Shown here piece by piece: positions 1 to 10,540 of a stretch of DNA of 64,000 nucleotides (within the stretch, counting starts at the first letter, position 1; each line of letters starts with the position of its first letter). The position numbers and the translations under genes are program-made. The notes beneath the pieces are model-generated. The model was not told the origin of the DNA and searched no databases. It saw only the letters and a program-made list of their open reading frames with translations. This DNA comes from a virus (taxonomy: Duplodnaviria > Heunggongvirae > Uroviricota > Caudoviricetes), in the IMG/VR virus record IMGVR_UViG_3300042349_000541, positions 30,773 to 94,772 of that record. One strand, 5' to 3'.

Positions 1-469
1 GTTTTGCCGAAAAACCCGCTTGTGCTAAAATCCTACTGTATTTAGCTAATTCAACGCCCGATGCACCATAAGTTTCACCAACATTCATAATGGTTTTTCT
101 TAAGGTTTCGGTTGAATTAACAGCATTATCGGTAGCCTGTGCCACCTTAATCATTTCACGCTCAAAAGTAATAGCTTCGCCGACCGAATTTTTAATTCCA
201 CGGGCTAATCCCAAAAATGTTCCCGTAGCAACTGAAATACCACCGAATCGCCGTGCCGCAGTACCAACAACATTACCTAGTTCTTCAATGCCGCTACGAA
301 CTCTACGTACATTTTTATACATTTGGAGATATTCAGCATTTGCACCAGCTAAAGCAGTTCTCCCTATATCTACCCTCGGGGCAGAAAAACGATTTACCTC
401 CTTTTGTATTTTATCTAAGTCTTTTGCTTGAAATTTAATTGTTGCATTAAGATCGAATGGCGACGGCAT
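1..469 (-). CDS. Tail tape measure protein, N-terminal part (runs off the window edge)
   Basis: Not in the ORF track. Manual translation from ATG 469 is open to position 1: MPSPFDLNATIKFQAKD...AITFEREMIKVAQAT...GETYGASGVELAKYSRILAQAGFSAK, resembling a TP901-type tape measure core. Lies downstream of the tail genes. Confidence 0.8.
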   Translation of the reverse strand, partial: MPSPFDLNATIKFQAKDLDKIQKEVNRFSAPRVDIGRTALAGANAEYLQMYKNVRRVRSGIEELGNVVGTAARRFGGISVATGTFLGLARGIKNSVGEAITFEREMIKVAQATDNAVNSTETLRKTIMNVGETYGASGVELAKYSRILAQAGFSAK

Positions 470-490
470 TTTTTATGTCCAATATAATAA

Positions 491-514
491 GAAAAAGGGC
501 AGTATAAACTGCCC
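491..514 (-). terminator. Intrinsic terminator-like hairpin before the tape measure gene
   Basis: On the minus strand GGGCAG-TTTATA-CTGCCC followed by TTTTTC. Confidence 0.6.
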
Positions 515-550
515 GTGTGATCCCAAAATTATATACCCAATTACTTATTT

Positions 551-1351
551 TTATACTTCTACAGGATTGCCTTCATCGTCTAAAAATGGCTGGAATTCTA
601 CTTTTACGTTGTTATTTTCGTCAAGTTCTTTTCCGTCTAAAGTAATTCTAACTTTCTTTCCGTCTACATATTTAACATAGTAGCCTTCTTCGTCAATTAG
701 TCTTCCTTCTTCATCGATTAGGTGTCCATCCTTATTAATGAGATTAAGATCTTTATCGGCGAATTTATAATTTACCAAGAACTTGTTTTCAGGCAGGTTC
801 TTTTCGTAATCGGGATCTAGGCCATAAAGCATGTTTGCAAGCTTGGAAGCGGCTTCTACGGCCCAAGGTTCGAAAGAATTCTTGTCGTAGTCATCTAAAT
901 TTTTCCAAGTCTGTGTTTTGTCAGGATTAAATGTACAAGAAACGACAAGCTGGTTAAACCTAACATTATCCGCAAGAGCCTCGGCACAATTAGAATCGTA
1001 AGAATTTCTTTCTGAAATAAGAGATTGAAATTGATCGCGAACTTCTTTTAGTTTTAGTGCTACATCTTTGGCTTCCGCAAGTTTAATACCGCCCTTGAGT
1101 AAAGCAGCTTCGTAAGAACGAATATCCTCTACATGCTTTTTGTATTGAGATTCCTTCTTGTCGTCCCAAACTCCTTGCTGTCTAACGTAATCGGCTAATT
1201 TAGCACGAAGCATTGCTCCAGACTCTAAAGCGTCTCGTAATCCTTTATTGTACGCAACTTGTGCGTCTCGATATTCTTTAACTCCGGGCTTTTTAACAAA
1301 ACGAACAACGTCTTGACCATTCGTATCTTTTGACTTAACTTCTAATTCCAT
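551..1351 (-). CDS. Hypothetical protein, possible tail assembly chaperone
   Basis: 266-aa ORF between the tail tube region and the tape measure gene; function from position only. Confidence 0.4.
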   Translation of the reverse strand: MELEVKSKDTNGQDVVRFVKKPGVKEYRDAQVAYNKGLRDALESGAMLRAKLADYVRQQGVWDDKKESQYKKHVEDIRSYEAALLKGGIKLAEAKDVALKLKEVRDQFQSLISERNSYDSNCAEALADNVRFNQLVVSCTFNPDKTQTWKNLDDYDKNSFEPWAVEAASKLANMLYGLDPDYEKNLPENKFLVNYKFADKDLNLINKDGHLIDEEGRLIDEEGYYVKYVDGKKVRITLDGKELDENNNVKVEFQPFLDDEGNPVEV

Positions 1352-1653
1352 TATTGTCCTTTCCTTTTAACTGGTAAATATATAGTATTTAAATTACTGT
1401 TGTTTTGATTTATATTATAATCATGAAGGTCGTTTTCAAGATTCCTTATTTGATTATTTCCTCTATCTAGAATTGATGACCGTAATTCCTGAAAAAGTTC
1501 GGGGTTATCTCTTACTGCGTCCGGAAATAAAGATTCTATATCAGATATAGCCCCAATCATAGTGGTCCTGATTTTTGTGGAACATAAAGAAAATAGCTTT
1601 TCTCTAGACTTCCTCAATCTAATATCTTCTCTGTTTTTGCTGAAGTTATCCAT
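1351..1653 (-). CDS. Hypothetical protein (tail module)
   Basis: 100-aa ORF with start/stop coupling to both neighbours. Confidence 0.6.
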   Translation of the reverse strand: MDNFSKNREDIRLRKSREKLFSLCSTKIRTTMIGAISDIESLFPDAVRDNPELFQELRSSILDRGNNQIRNLENDLHDYNINQNNSNLNTIYLPVKRKGQ

Positions 1654-2687
1654 TATTTCTTCCTAAGATGATCGGACAGCATTTGTTGCGATCTTATACT
1701 GTTCTCAAGTTTTATATCTGCAAAATCCGTGTCCTGAACTCGCCCTTTTTCGTTAATTACGTCTTCTCTCTGTTTTATTATACTCCTAGCCATCATATCA
1801 TTCATGTTTTGTATAGCTTCTGCGTCTTTATTGTTATCCGCCATTATGAAGACTTCTTTCGCACTCTTAATCTTCGGGTTCTTGATTAAATCATCTGTTT
1901 GTCTTTGCTTCTTGTTTTTCTCGGATTTACGTTTTTGAGTTATGAACCATCCATCCAAACAATCGTCGTCATTTACAACTTTTTCGTCGGGCGATTCGGG
2001 ATGCTCAAAAACGTTATCGTACATTCCACTGTATGAACAAAGCGATAATTGATCGCGACTGTAATCCTGCGGGTCTCTATCGAATAATTTGCCGCCATGA
2101 TTTTTATTTAGTGACCATACTATTCGCCAATTATCATATCTGGCTAATTCTCTTATTTCGGGAACATCTATTGAAGAAGCTACATATAAATTATACAGCT
2201 TTGTAATATCAAAATCCTGATCATTTATTTTTTTTCCATTAAGTCTTGTGGAATGTAAAAGTAACCACTGCATTCTTGAGTTTTCGGCTACATACTTACA
2301 CGACAAATGATCAAGTGAAGTTTTTTTAGAATATAGCCCGGCAAGCTTTTTATATATTACAGATATTTGTAGTTTGCAACTACGCAATTCTTTAGTTTTA
2401 AAGCATGACTCGTAAGCCTGAACTTTTACATCTTCCAGTTCTTTTTTTAGCTTATCAATTTCTTGATCGTTTAGCGGATTCCATATATCATGATCTACTA
2501 AAATATTTTTTATTTCTTCATCGTTGTACAAACCGTGCATATATGCTTGCTCATAAGTTTCTTCATATATTTCATACGATTTTGCTATGAGTTTATGCTT
2601 TGGTTCATAAACGTATAAAAAAAGGCCGCACATTTTTAATTTTGTACGGCCTGATATTATTTTATATAATTTAGTGTCCTTCGTCAT
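1653..2687 (-). CDS. Hypothetical protein (tail module, possible chaperone)
   Basis: 344-aa ORF directly after the putative tail tube gene. Confidence 0.55.
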   Translation of the reverse strand: MTKDTKLYKIISGRTKLKMCGLFLYVYEPKHKLIAKSYEIYEETYEQAYMHGLYNDEEIKNILVDHDIWNPLNDQEIDKLKKELEDVKVQAYESCFKTKELRSCKLQISVIYKKLAGLYSKKTSLDHLSCKYVAENSRMQWLLLHSTRLNGKKINDQDFDITKLYNLYVASSIDVPEIRELARYDNWRIVWSLNKNHGGKLFDRDPQDYSRDQLSLCSYSGMYDNVFEHPESPDEKVVNDDDCLDGWFITQKRKSEKNKKQRQTDDLIKNPKIKSAKEVFIMADNNKDAEAIQNMNDMMARSIIKQREDVINEKGRVQDTDFADIKLENSIRSQQMLSDHLRKK

Positions 2688-2689
2688 CC

Positions 2690-3706
2690 TTAAGTCCAGT
2701 AAGCACCACCACCGTTAACAGTGAATGCATTGTAACCAGAGTATGAAAATGTAATTGTAGCATTTCCACCGCCGGTATCACCACCACTATAGTTAACAGA
2801 TGTTAGTCTGTTTCTAGTTCCGCAATCGATTACAGTACCAGCAGTGTCTTTAAGAGTAATCGCACGGGTGGTAGTTGCAGTACCGACACCAGAAACGTTG
2901 ATTAAGTCACCATTAGTAGCAATAACTTCGAATTCTGTAGTAACTTCTATAGGGTAGGTAGCAGTCTTGTTATAAGGCCCGAAACGTCCTAATTCGAATT
3001 GATCTTCTCGTCCGAAGTCAACACTAACCGAAACAGACTGAATACCGCTAGAACCCGGAACGTTATTAGCTTGAGATAAAACTTCCGCAGGCAAAGTGGA
3101 ACCATAAAGATCGAACCTATGTCTACGAACAACGCTTGAGGCAGGAACGTCTGTTCCGTCTAGTGAATTAACGCCAGTCGCGGGAGTACCGAACAAAGAT
3201 GTTGGGCTTGCGCTCAAAATGCCTGCCGTAGTATTATCCCAAAACTTATTGTTACCGACAAGACTAACTGATTCAGTAGCATTTCCGTCTACAGAATAGT
3301 TATAACTTACAGAGGATATAAACATACCAGAACACATAACAACGTGATCTCTGGTTTGGCCCGCAACGAATCTAACGCTATCGGGGAATATACCTAAATA
3401 AACGTCACACTGTTTATTAGAAGCATCAACAATGTTGGTTTTACCAGCCTCTCCAACAGATTGAAGATATAGTAACTTTTCGCCATCGATAACTTTTTCT
3501 AAAGTAACTTCGACTTCGGCGACATTTTCTTCGTTAGCATAAATTTCAAGCTGTCCTAGCTCGAAAATTTGTTCTAGAGTAATATTGGTAGAAATACCAA
3601 CGCTTTGAACACCCCTCATCATCGCGAATTCAGGGTTTTGAGTTGAATTATGCCCGGTTTTAGCAATACCAACTGCTTGACAGGCATAAAATATTCTATT
3701 TGACAT
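2690..3706 (-). CDS. Putative major tail (tube) protein
   Basis: 338 aa, G/S/T/V-rich with beta-strand character; strong RBS (GGAG); follows the neck genes. Confidence 0.55.
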   Translation of the reverse strand: MSNRIFYACQAVGIAKTGHNSTQNPEFAMMRGVQSVGISTNITLEQIFELGQLEIYANEENVAEVEVTLEKVIDGEKLLYLQSVGEAGKTNIVDASNKQCDVYLGIFPDSVRFVAGQTRDHVVMCSGMFISSVSYNYSVDGNATESVSLVGNNKFWDNTTAGILSASPTSLFGTPATGVNSLDGTDVPASSVVRRHRFDLYGSTLPAEVLSQANNVPGSSGIQSVSVSVDFGREDQFELGRFGPYNKTATYPIEVTTEFEVIATNGDLINVSGVGTATTTRAITLKDTAGTVIDCGTRNRLTSVNYSGGDTGGGNATITFSYSGYNAFTVNGGGAYWT

Positions 3707-3731
3707 TTATTTTTTCTCCGTTAATAATGGG

Positions 3732-4667
3732 TTAATTACCCCTAACTTCTGTTGTGCATTTTATTGTACCTAAAACTAAATCTGAATTTAATTCTGTTAG
3801 TTCTGGGTTCCCGGTATTAAATATATAGCAATCTCTATATTTAAAATTCGAAACTAATTGTGGATACATGCCGCTTGGCAAAGCCTGTGGACGTAAGTAA
3901 TTAGAAGCATCAAATGGATATACACCAGAAGATAATGCTGTGTTTGGATTGAATAGATTAATACTCAAGTCGTCCTGCTCAGCAATAATATCTAAAATAT
4001 TTCTAACCTCCCAAGCATTTTTAGCCATTACATAAAACATAATATTGTTATGCATCCATTTTCCGCCGCCTAGTTGATATGGTTTAGTGTCATGCACAGG
4101 TAATACATCAATAGCTACTGCGGGTAACTGAACTCTTTTTTCTGCGAAAATTGCCCAATCGCCAGAACCTCGCATGGTGAACTGGACATTATCGGATCTA
4201 TCTGAAAGCCTTTGTATATTTTTAAAGAAGCCTAAATCATTAGCGGGAAATACCTGTATGTATTTATGCGAGTAAGCAATTCTTACGTTAGAGCTAACAG
4301 CTACAGGATTATCAAAAACAACTCTTCCGTTTTTATAATCTATATTGTATCCAGAGGATGCAGGAACATTGTTGACGTATACACCCGTGGGCGATATGGG
4401 TGTTCCTTTTGATACTCCTGTTTCCCAAACCCAGTTAGATCTATTCGATTGCCAAACTTTTCCGTCTGTAAAATTAGGATCTTTAACAGGAGCCAGTTTA
4501 GATTTATCACTTTGGTATATTCCGGATGTAGGAATATTTATGTTGTAATAACCGCCCTTGTTTATAAAGCCCCAATCATACCGCATGACAAAATTTTCAA
4601 GCAAGATATTGGTTAGTCCCAAATCTTGAGTATTTTGAAAACCTTCTAAATTAGTAGTGTCTGCCAT
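3732..4667 (-). CDS. Putative tail completion/terminator protein
   Basis: 311 aa; position between neck and tail tube genes. Confidence 0.4.
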   Translation of the reverse strand: MADTTNLEGFQNTQDLGLTNILLENFVMRYDWGFINKGGYYNINIPTSGIYQSDKSKLAPVKDPNFTDGKVWQSNRSNWVWETGVSKGTPISPTGVYVNNVPASSGYNIDYKNGRVVFDNPVAVSSNVRIAYSHKYIQVFPANDLGFFKNIQRLSDRSDNVQFTMRGSGDWAIFAEKRVQLPAVAIDVLPVHDTKPYQLGGGKWMHNNIMFYVMAKNAWEVRNILDIIAEQDDLSINLFNPNTALSSGVYPFDASNYLRPQALPSGMYPQLVSNFKYRDCYIFNTGNPELTELNSDLVLGTIKCTTEVRGN

Positions 4668-5236
4668 GCTGCCTGCTGAATTTTTTGAGCGTTTTTGTTT
4701 AAAGCTCTAGATATAAAATTATCACCGCTAACTCCTGCGAAAGCGGGGTCTATCATAAATGGAGTTACGTTTTTAACGGTAATGGCTCCGTCAGTACGCC
4801 CGGCTCCTTCTTTATATAATACCCCAAAGTCAGCCATGATTACCTTCGTGCCGTTAGTTAATAGCCATTCCAACCAAGGAACTTTTTTGCCGTTTTCCGA
4901 TATAAAAACAGATTGTGGTAAATCCAGTAGGTTTTCGTATCTCCCCGGCTGTATGGAAATAGAAAAATTAAATATGTATTGATTAGAGTATGCGTACTGT
5001 AATTTCATTGTGTCTGCCACAGACCAAGAAATTAAAAGTGTGGGATCGGCTTTTACTCCTAAGTCATAACGTAACTTGCCCGAGCGAAGAGATTCCATTT
5101 CCGGGCAGTCATAAATTGCATCAACGATAACGGGCTTTACGGCCCTTCTTATCTTAGAGTAATTCCTTTGAACTAAAGATTTGGCACGCTCTCTCAATTC
5201 ATTGATTACGTTTTTTTTAAAACGTTCAAAACTCAT
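4646..5236 (-). CDS. Putative neck/tail completion protein
   Basis: 196 aa; position in the head-tail joining block. Confidence 0.4.
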   Translation of the reverse strand: MSFERFKKNVINELRERAKSLVQRNYSKIRRAVKPVIVDAIYDCPEMESLRSGKLRYDLGVKADPTLLISWSVADTMKLQYAYSNQYIFNFSISIQPGRYENLLDLPQSVFISENGKKVPWLEWLLTNGTKVIMADFGVLYKEGAGRTDGAITVKNVTPFMIDPAFAGVSGDNFISRALNKNAQKIQQAAWQTLLI

Positions 5237-5736
5237 CTGTTTTTAGTCCAAAGGCATGATATATACTTAACGGGGTTTATAACAAAACTAACTGACTCGG
5301 GCTGTCCATCTAATTGATATAATTCGTTTGTGTAATTGTATATCTCAGTTACTGGTATCATATATTTTGCCTGCATTATTTTTGAAAAAAATTGAAGCCT
5401 GCAAATAAAAAGAATAGCCCCTTCTGGAATATTTACATTCTTTATTTTTAGATATGGTTTTTCGGAAGTATATATTCTTCCGGGGATATTTTCTGTTTTT
5501 TCAATCATTTTATGTCCTTCGCCGTTACAGTACGGACATGGCATACCTTGATCAAAAGGAATCGGGCCTCCTTGCTTATATTTGCCAGAACTTTTAGATA
5601 TTCCGACAAAAGTATCCAGTGTGCAATTAAGACATTCCTGCTTGATTTCTGGATAAATTAATTTTATATCTTCCTCTAGATGGTCAGTGACCATATTATT
5701 GAAATCGGTAAAATATGAATCGTATTTTTTTACCAT
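5233..5736 (-). CDS. Putative head closure protein
   Basis: 167 aa with CxxC pairs (CLNC, CPYC); follows the adaptor gene. Confidence 0.4.
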   Translation of the reverse strand: MVKKYDSYFTDFNNMVTDHLEEDIKLIYPEIKQECLNCTLDTFVGISKSSGKYKQGGPIPFDQGMPCPYCNGEGHKMIEKTENIPGRIYTSEKPYLKIKNVNIPEGAILFICRLQFFSKIMQAKYMIPVTEIYNYTNELYQLDGQPESVSFVINPVKYISCLWTKNR

Positions 5737-6254
5737 GAGTTAGATCTATTTCTAGGTTCGTTTCTAGTCCAGTTCATTAAGAAACTACCGGGAGAATAAG
5801 GCCCGAGAATAGCTTCTCCAGTACCGGAATAGCCCGAGGGATTATTGCTTCCGCATAATTGGTATGTAGTCAACAACTGCTCGTAATTTTGACACATTTC
5901 TTTCATTAACTGTAGGGTGTTTTTACCGCCCTCGGTATTATCTAATGATGACGGGCCATCTTTAATTACTACCGCACCGCCGCCTTTTACACGAGATTCG
6001 CCTGTAAGTATTATACAGCAGGCCCGAAGAACTGTTAGAAGTGAAAAATCATAATCATTGGTTTCTACCGGGTCGGGACTAATTGATATATCAGAAGTGT
6101 TTATGGTATAACCATTGGTAAATTTAGCCCTTTGGTTTACCGAATATGCCGCATAAGTTAAAATTTGGCGAAGTCTAGAATCGCTATACGAATCTTCTTC
6201 AAAATCGCCTATTTCGGCCCGAAGCATATTTACCAAATCTACATCCCACGACAT
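5730..6254 (-). CDS. Putative head-tail adaptor protein
   Basis: 174 aa; N-terminus LRAEIGD...YSDSRL resembles adaptor proteins; position fits. Confidence 0.5.
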   Translation of the reverse strand: MSWDVDLVNMLRAEIGDFEEDSYSDSRLRQILTYAAYSVNQRAKFTNGYTINTSDISISPDPVETNDYDFSLLTVLRACCIILTGESRVKGGGAVVIKDGPSSLDNTEGGKNTLQLMKEMCQNYEQLLTTYQLCGSNNPSGYSGTGEAILGPYSPGSFLMNWTRNEPRNRSNSW

Positions 6255-6261
6255 ATTTCAC

Positions 6262-8418
6262 CTATGATTTTGGAGCGTATGAGACTTCTGCAAAGCCATG
6301 ACTTAATACTGTATCACCGCCCGTAAGATCTCGTAGTGCCCATAAATATGTACCCACATTTGCAGTAACTTCTGTAGAAATTCTTACTGATACGCCCGTG
6401 GAGCTTTTTGCAATATTTCCGTTGGATATTACAATCAGATTGGTCTTATTTTTTGTTTCTATAACAAACTCAAGAGTTTTTCCGGTTACGTCAATCGGGC
6501 CGTTTTCGTCTTCTAGCGTTATAAATATATCGGTTGATTCATTATAAAATAACGATATTGTTTCAGACTCAATACGCTTACGCATATAAGACTGTATAGG
6601 TAATATGTTAGCATTTACAGTGACATTTCCGCTGCCGCCGCCACCACCAGCGGGAGCTAGACTTAAAGCACTAGCTGTCCATTTTACCAAACCAGTTCCG
6701 GTTCCTTGGATCATTGCGGCTAAATCTCCGAATGTAGCAAAAACGCCAGCGGTAATTCTGCTCAGTAAAGTATTGGTGTTGCTTAGAATGGTTTGAGAAG
6801 TGCTTTGCAAAGCAAGTCCAGATTGAATTCCGGAAATTGAATGAACATGCAATAATGGTGCTATAACAAATTGATCACCAACCTGCGGAGCCTGAGTAAA
6901 AGCTTCTTCTGCGACTATTGTTCCGTTAGTATTATTATACGTTAAAATAGGAGAGTTTTGTTCTGCCAACGGGCCGGTTATCCATAATAATACTGTATGT
7001 TCTAATGCCCCACTGGGATAATTTACAGTAGAAGAAAAAGTAGTGGTGTTAGGTGTTACAGCCGCAGTTACTGTGCCTTCTATAAGAGTATTGGCTTTTC
7101 TCATAATATCCATGAGTTTTCCGAATGTACCCGCAGTAGTGTGCTGTGAGTATTGTTCGTCCCAAACGGCATCTGCTATTTCTGCTGATGCAGTACCGGC
7201 TAATGCTCCGGAGTTTATGACATCGACCTGCATTTCGCCTACGGTAGAATTTATTCTTCCATTTACCAGCGAAGCTGGTATTCTTGATTGTATATCAGTT
7301 GTATTGTTTGTTACTGTGGTTAGTTGAGTGTCTAAATTATTAGTAGCAAGTCCGACCGCACTTCTTACATCCGGGGCGGAAAAAGGTACGTTATTAGTTA
7401 CGCTTGTAACAATAGGTATTGTAACGCCAGTCTGTGACGGCTGTAGTAATACTTTTCCGCCTGCGTCTATACTCATAGAGGCAAAATTACTTGGAAATGA
7501 CTGACTTAATACAGAATTTACTCTTCCGGAGGTAAAAGTTATCTGATCAGTTATAGTTTTAATTGCACCTATAGAAGTGTTATCGGGCGAAACATAAGAA
7601 GTAGATGCTAAACGACTAGAAACAGCAGCGTCAAGATTGCTTAAGCTGTTAAGTCTTGCGTCATTAGTTAACAGTGGATTTAACGGTATTGAGTTTACGC
7701 TAGATTGTGAAGCCGCTGTTTTAGCAGCATCGTATGCAGTAACCAATGAATATCCAGTCTTATCGTTATTTGTTCCGACCGTAACATTAAAACCAAACGC
7801 TGTTAATGTTCTGGTTGTAGCATTCCAGACTAGGGTTGCTGGATCTTGTCCTACAGCGTATCCGCCAATGGTAACATTGCCTGACGGCATTCTAGATGAT
7901 ATTGTTGTGTCTAAATTGTTCAATCGACTATCAGTAGTCAACAATGGATTTGTCGGAATTGCATTAACACTGGTTTGTGTTGCTCGATTAGCAACTGTGG
8001 TTTCGTTTGCTAGCGAAGCCGGGAACGTGACAGGAGCGGCAGCACTGGCCGTCTGTCCTGCAATCCGAATAACATTGGCATCTGTGTTTCTGTTTTCAAC
8101 CGAAAATGTCCGAAGAATTGTTCGAGTCAGGTCTTTCCCGTCCACGATGCCTGAGGTAAACACAACGTCATAGTCTTTACCGACCTCATATACCGCATCG
8201 GAAGTATCGATTACCAACTCGTGGAATCCGGCTTTCCCGTCATAATCTACGCTCGGTTGCGTGATCCCTGTTACAGTAATTTCGGTTGCTGAGTCTTTGT
8301 AGACGGCAACCGTTGGATTTACTGAGGGAGTAGTAGGTACAATAGCCTGACTGAACGTGTTGAATTTAATACGAATGATTTGACCTTTTTCAAAATCTCC
8401 AATGTATTTGTCCGACAT
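6262..8418 (-). CDS. Virion structural protein with internal repeats
   Basis: 718 aa, T/S/A/G-rich; repeated NPLLTxDxRLNxL motif; lies in the structural operon. Confidence 0.6.
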   Translation of the reverse strand: MSDKYIGDFEKGQIIRIKFNTFSQAIVPTTPSVNPTVAVYKDSATEITVTGITQPSVDYDGKAGFHELVIDTSDAVYEVGKDYDVVFTSGIVDGKDLTRTILRTFSVENRNTDANVIRIAGQTASAAAPVTFPASLANETTVANRATQTSVNAIPTNPLLTTDSRLNNLDTTISSRMPSGNVTIGGYAVGQDPATLVWNATTRTLTAFGFNVTVGTNNDKTGYSLVTAYDAAKTAASQSSVNSIPLNPLLTNDARLNSLSNLDAAVSSRLASTSYVSPDNTSIGAIKTITDQITFTSGRVNSVLSQSFPSNFASMSIDAGGKVLLQPSQTGVTIPIVTSVTNNVPFSAPDVRSAVGLATNNLDTQLTTVTNNTTDIQSRIPASLVNGRINSTVGEMQVDVINSGALAGTASAEIADAVWDEQYSQHTTAGTFGKLMDIMRKANTLIEGTVTAAVTPNTTTFSSTVNYPSGALEHTVLLWITGPLAEQNSPILTYNNTNGTIVAEEAFTQAPQVGDQFVIAPLLHVHSISGIQSGLALQSTSQTILSNTNTLLSRITAGVFATFGDLAAMIQGTGTGLVKWTASALSLAPAGGGGGSGNVTVNANILPIQSYMRKRIESETISLFYNESTDIFITLEDENGPIDVTGKTLEFVIETKNKTNLIVISNGNIAKSSTGVSVRISTEVTANVGTYLWALRDLTGGDTVLSHGFAEVSYAPKS

Positions 8419-8420
8419 AA

Positions 8421-9464
8421 TTACCCTATCAAAATGCTATCGATTGGAGAATAAGAACCACCACCACCGCCTGCCCCGTCGTCGATTTGGTCAATAATGA
8501 GACCCATAGTAGGGGCTTGAGTCGCAGTATCTACCCACGCTGCTCCCGAAGATTCGGTGTAATACTGACTAGGCACAATCGCATTGCGGCGATCTGATGA
8601 ACCAAAGGTCGCGAGATTGAATCTAGTGCCAGTCCCGGCAGTAAAAGCAGCTACTAGCCTATAAGTTGTATTAGGTTCTAAAACTCGCGTGTCTGGAAAG
8701 TAAAAATCATGTGGTGAAATTCCGGCTGTAATAAAAGCAGAGGAAGGAATTAGTTGAGACAATAACGGAGTCCCTCCGGGAATGGTTGCATCATTGTACA
8801 GTTTTAATGTCACGTTCGATCGAATATCGGCATTGAACCACATTCCAGTCAGACGAGACTTGTTTGGTAATTGGAATAAAATACCTTTCTCGCCTGTTGA
8901 AAAAAATGCAGTTAGTGCAACAGTTCCGTAGGCGACGGAATCTATGCTTGGTGCTACATAAGTTCCATCTTGAAACCGCAAAAGGCATCTAGACCACCGA
9001 CCAGCCACAACAGACCAAGACCCGGCTGTATTTATTTGAGGCGAACACAAGAACGAAGCTAAAGTCTTAGCCGTTGAATTTAACCCAATCCCAATGCTTG
9101 TGCCAGAATTGTAATTCCATGAAATGCCAACTAAGTCTCCTTTGCTTACACTAGCCCCGGCTGTCAGCGTGGATTCGTATTCTGTGTTGGTTGCGAGTAT
9201 GCCTGTTATTACGTTTGTATTGGCCGACCAGAGCGTACCGCTCGGGCTAGAACCGGCAACAGTCTCTATTCTTACGTCTACTGTAGGTGAGCCTGTTGCC
9301 GTACCGCTGTACCAGACGATCCTATCTATAATTCCGGATTTTGGAGACTGAAAAACAAATCCAACTTTTCCGCCGGAAGTTAATGCTGTCGAGGACTGAA
9401 CAGCGGCAGTACCAGACGTATTAAACTTATAAAGAGATAGAGGCAGTATATCGACTAATGCCAT
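8421..9464 (-). CDS. Putative virion structural protein
   Basis: 347 aa, beta-rich composition, Gly-rich C-terminal linker. Confidence 0.5.
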   Translation of the reverse strand: MALVDILPLSLYKFNTSGTAAVQSSTALTSGGKVGFVFQSPKSGIIDRIVWYSGTATGSPTVDVRIETVAGSSPSGTLWSANTNVITGILATNTEYESTLTAGASVSKGDLVGISWNYNSGTSIGIGLNSTAKTLASFLCSPQINTAGSWSVVAGRWSRCLLRFQDGTYVAPSIDSVAYGTVALTAFFSTGEKGILFQLPNKSRLTGMWFNADIRSNVTLKLYNDATIPGGTPLLSQLIPSSAFITAGISPHDFYFPDTRVLEPNTTYRLVAAFTAGTGTRFNLATFGSSDRRNAIVPSQYYTESSGAAWVDTATQAPTMGLIIDQIDDGAGGGGGSYSPIDSILIG

Positions 9465-9466
9465 GA

Positions 9467-9976
9467 TTACAGCTCCGGTTCTGGTCCAATGCCATTGTAT
9501 TCAGTCAAAGCAATTCTATAGGATTGGAACCTGTCCCATGCCTGTTCTTCCAAACTGTTTTTTAAGTAATCTAATCTTAATTCTTTTAAAGATAAGTCAA
9601 TTTCTTCTAAGGAAGGATTAGTTAATTCATTCTGTTCTAACAAATTAATATTTCGTTTAACAGTTAATGCCAGTAAAGACATTCCGGGAACACCTACTGA
9701 ATGCAAATAATAGAGTGCATTCTGAACGTCGTCTTTACTTAAATTAATTCCTTTTCCTCCGAGTTGATGAATGGCCCAACCCATTCCTCCGTCATTTAAC
9801 GCAATCCTTAATGCTTCCGCACCTTGGTTTCCCACTAATTCTGCTATTCCGGCCCATGTCCAAAAACTATCGTCTATATATTGTATGTTTTTTTCATTAA
9901 GTTTATCGTAAACTTGTTGAGCTGACAAATTTTTATAATCTAAATCTTGAATTAAATTTTTTAATATTTTTTTCAT
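9467..9976 (-). CDS. Hypothetical protein
   Basis: 169-aa ORF in the structural operon. Confidence 0.6.
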   Translation of the reverse strand: MKKILKNLIQDLDYKNLSAQQVYDKLNEKNIQYIDDSFWTWAGIAELVGNQGAEALRIALNDGGMGWAIHQLGGKGINLSKDDVQNALYYLHSVGVPGMSLLALTVKRNINLLEQNELTNPSLEEIDLSLKELRLDYLKNSLEEQAWDRFQSYRIALTEYNGIGPEPEL

Positions 9977-9978
9977 GA

Positions 9979-10449
9979 CTATCTATATATTAAATTTAAA
10001 ACAACTTCATTTGCAGAAGGAGCAGCATTATCACTATCTGTAACGCCAGTAGTAGCTCTAACCGAAATGCCTATGGAGAAAAAAAGTAATGGCTGGTTTT
10101 CGGGCCAAGTAATAGTTTGACCTGCCGGAACAGCTATTGTTATAACGGGCGTATCAGAAGCAGTAGCTGCAACAGAGGTGTTATATATTTTTAAATATCT
10201 TATTGCATTAGCAGTATTTGTTACACTTAAGCCGTAAATGCTTCCGGGCCTACTTTTAACAACTTGTCCGACGTTGAGCAAACTTATGTTTCTATAATTA
10301 GTTGGATATGGTAGTAGCTGTTCTGTAATGCCCATATTAACATCTGTGTTTTCGCCCAATACTTTTTGTGAAATACCTGTGGGCATTGCACTCATTACGA
10401 CATTTCCTGCACGATATGGATTTGCCGGTATAATCTTTTGATATGTCAT
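9979..10449 (-). CDS. Hypothetical virion-associated protein
   Basis: 156 aa; RBS AGGAG; follows the capsid gene. Confidence 0.55.
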   Translation of the reverse strand: MTYQKIIPANPYRAGNVVMSAMPTGISQKVLGENTDVNMGITEQLLPYPTNYRNISLLNVGQVVKSRPGSIYGLSVTNTANAIRYLKIYNTSVAATASDTPVITIAVPAGQTITWPENQPLLFFSIGISVRATTGVTDSDNAAPSANEVVLNLIYR

Positions 10450-10492
10450 TGCTTTCTCCTAATAGGATATACTCATTAGCAAAAAAAAGACC

Positions 10493-10521
10493 AAAAAAAA
10501 ACGGGCCGAAGCCCGTTTTTT
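10493..10521. terminator. Bidirectional intrinsic terminator after the major capsid gene
   Basis: A-tract, CGGGC-CGAA-GCCCG, T-tract. Confidence 0.8.
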
Positions 10522-10540
10522 TATAGTCCCACCATGTTCA

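Noticed and set aside
90-431. Plus-strand 113-aa ORF in the track
   Set aside because: It is the antisense shadow of the minus-strand tape measure gene (469 to 1).
551-2687. Tail chaperone G/GT frameshift
   Set aside because: The ORFs are linked by simple stop/start overlaps and I could not find a convincing slippery sequence.
6605-8173. Plus-strand ORFs over the virion protein gene, and similar shadows such as 12223-12513 and 29096-30103
   Set aside because: They overlap longer, motif-bearing genes and lack RBS or promoter support.
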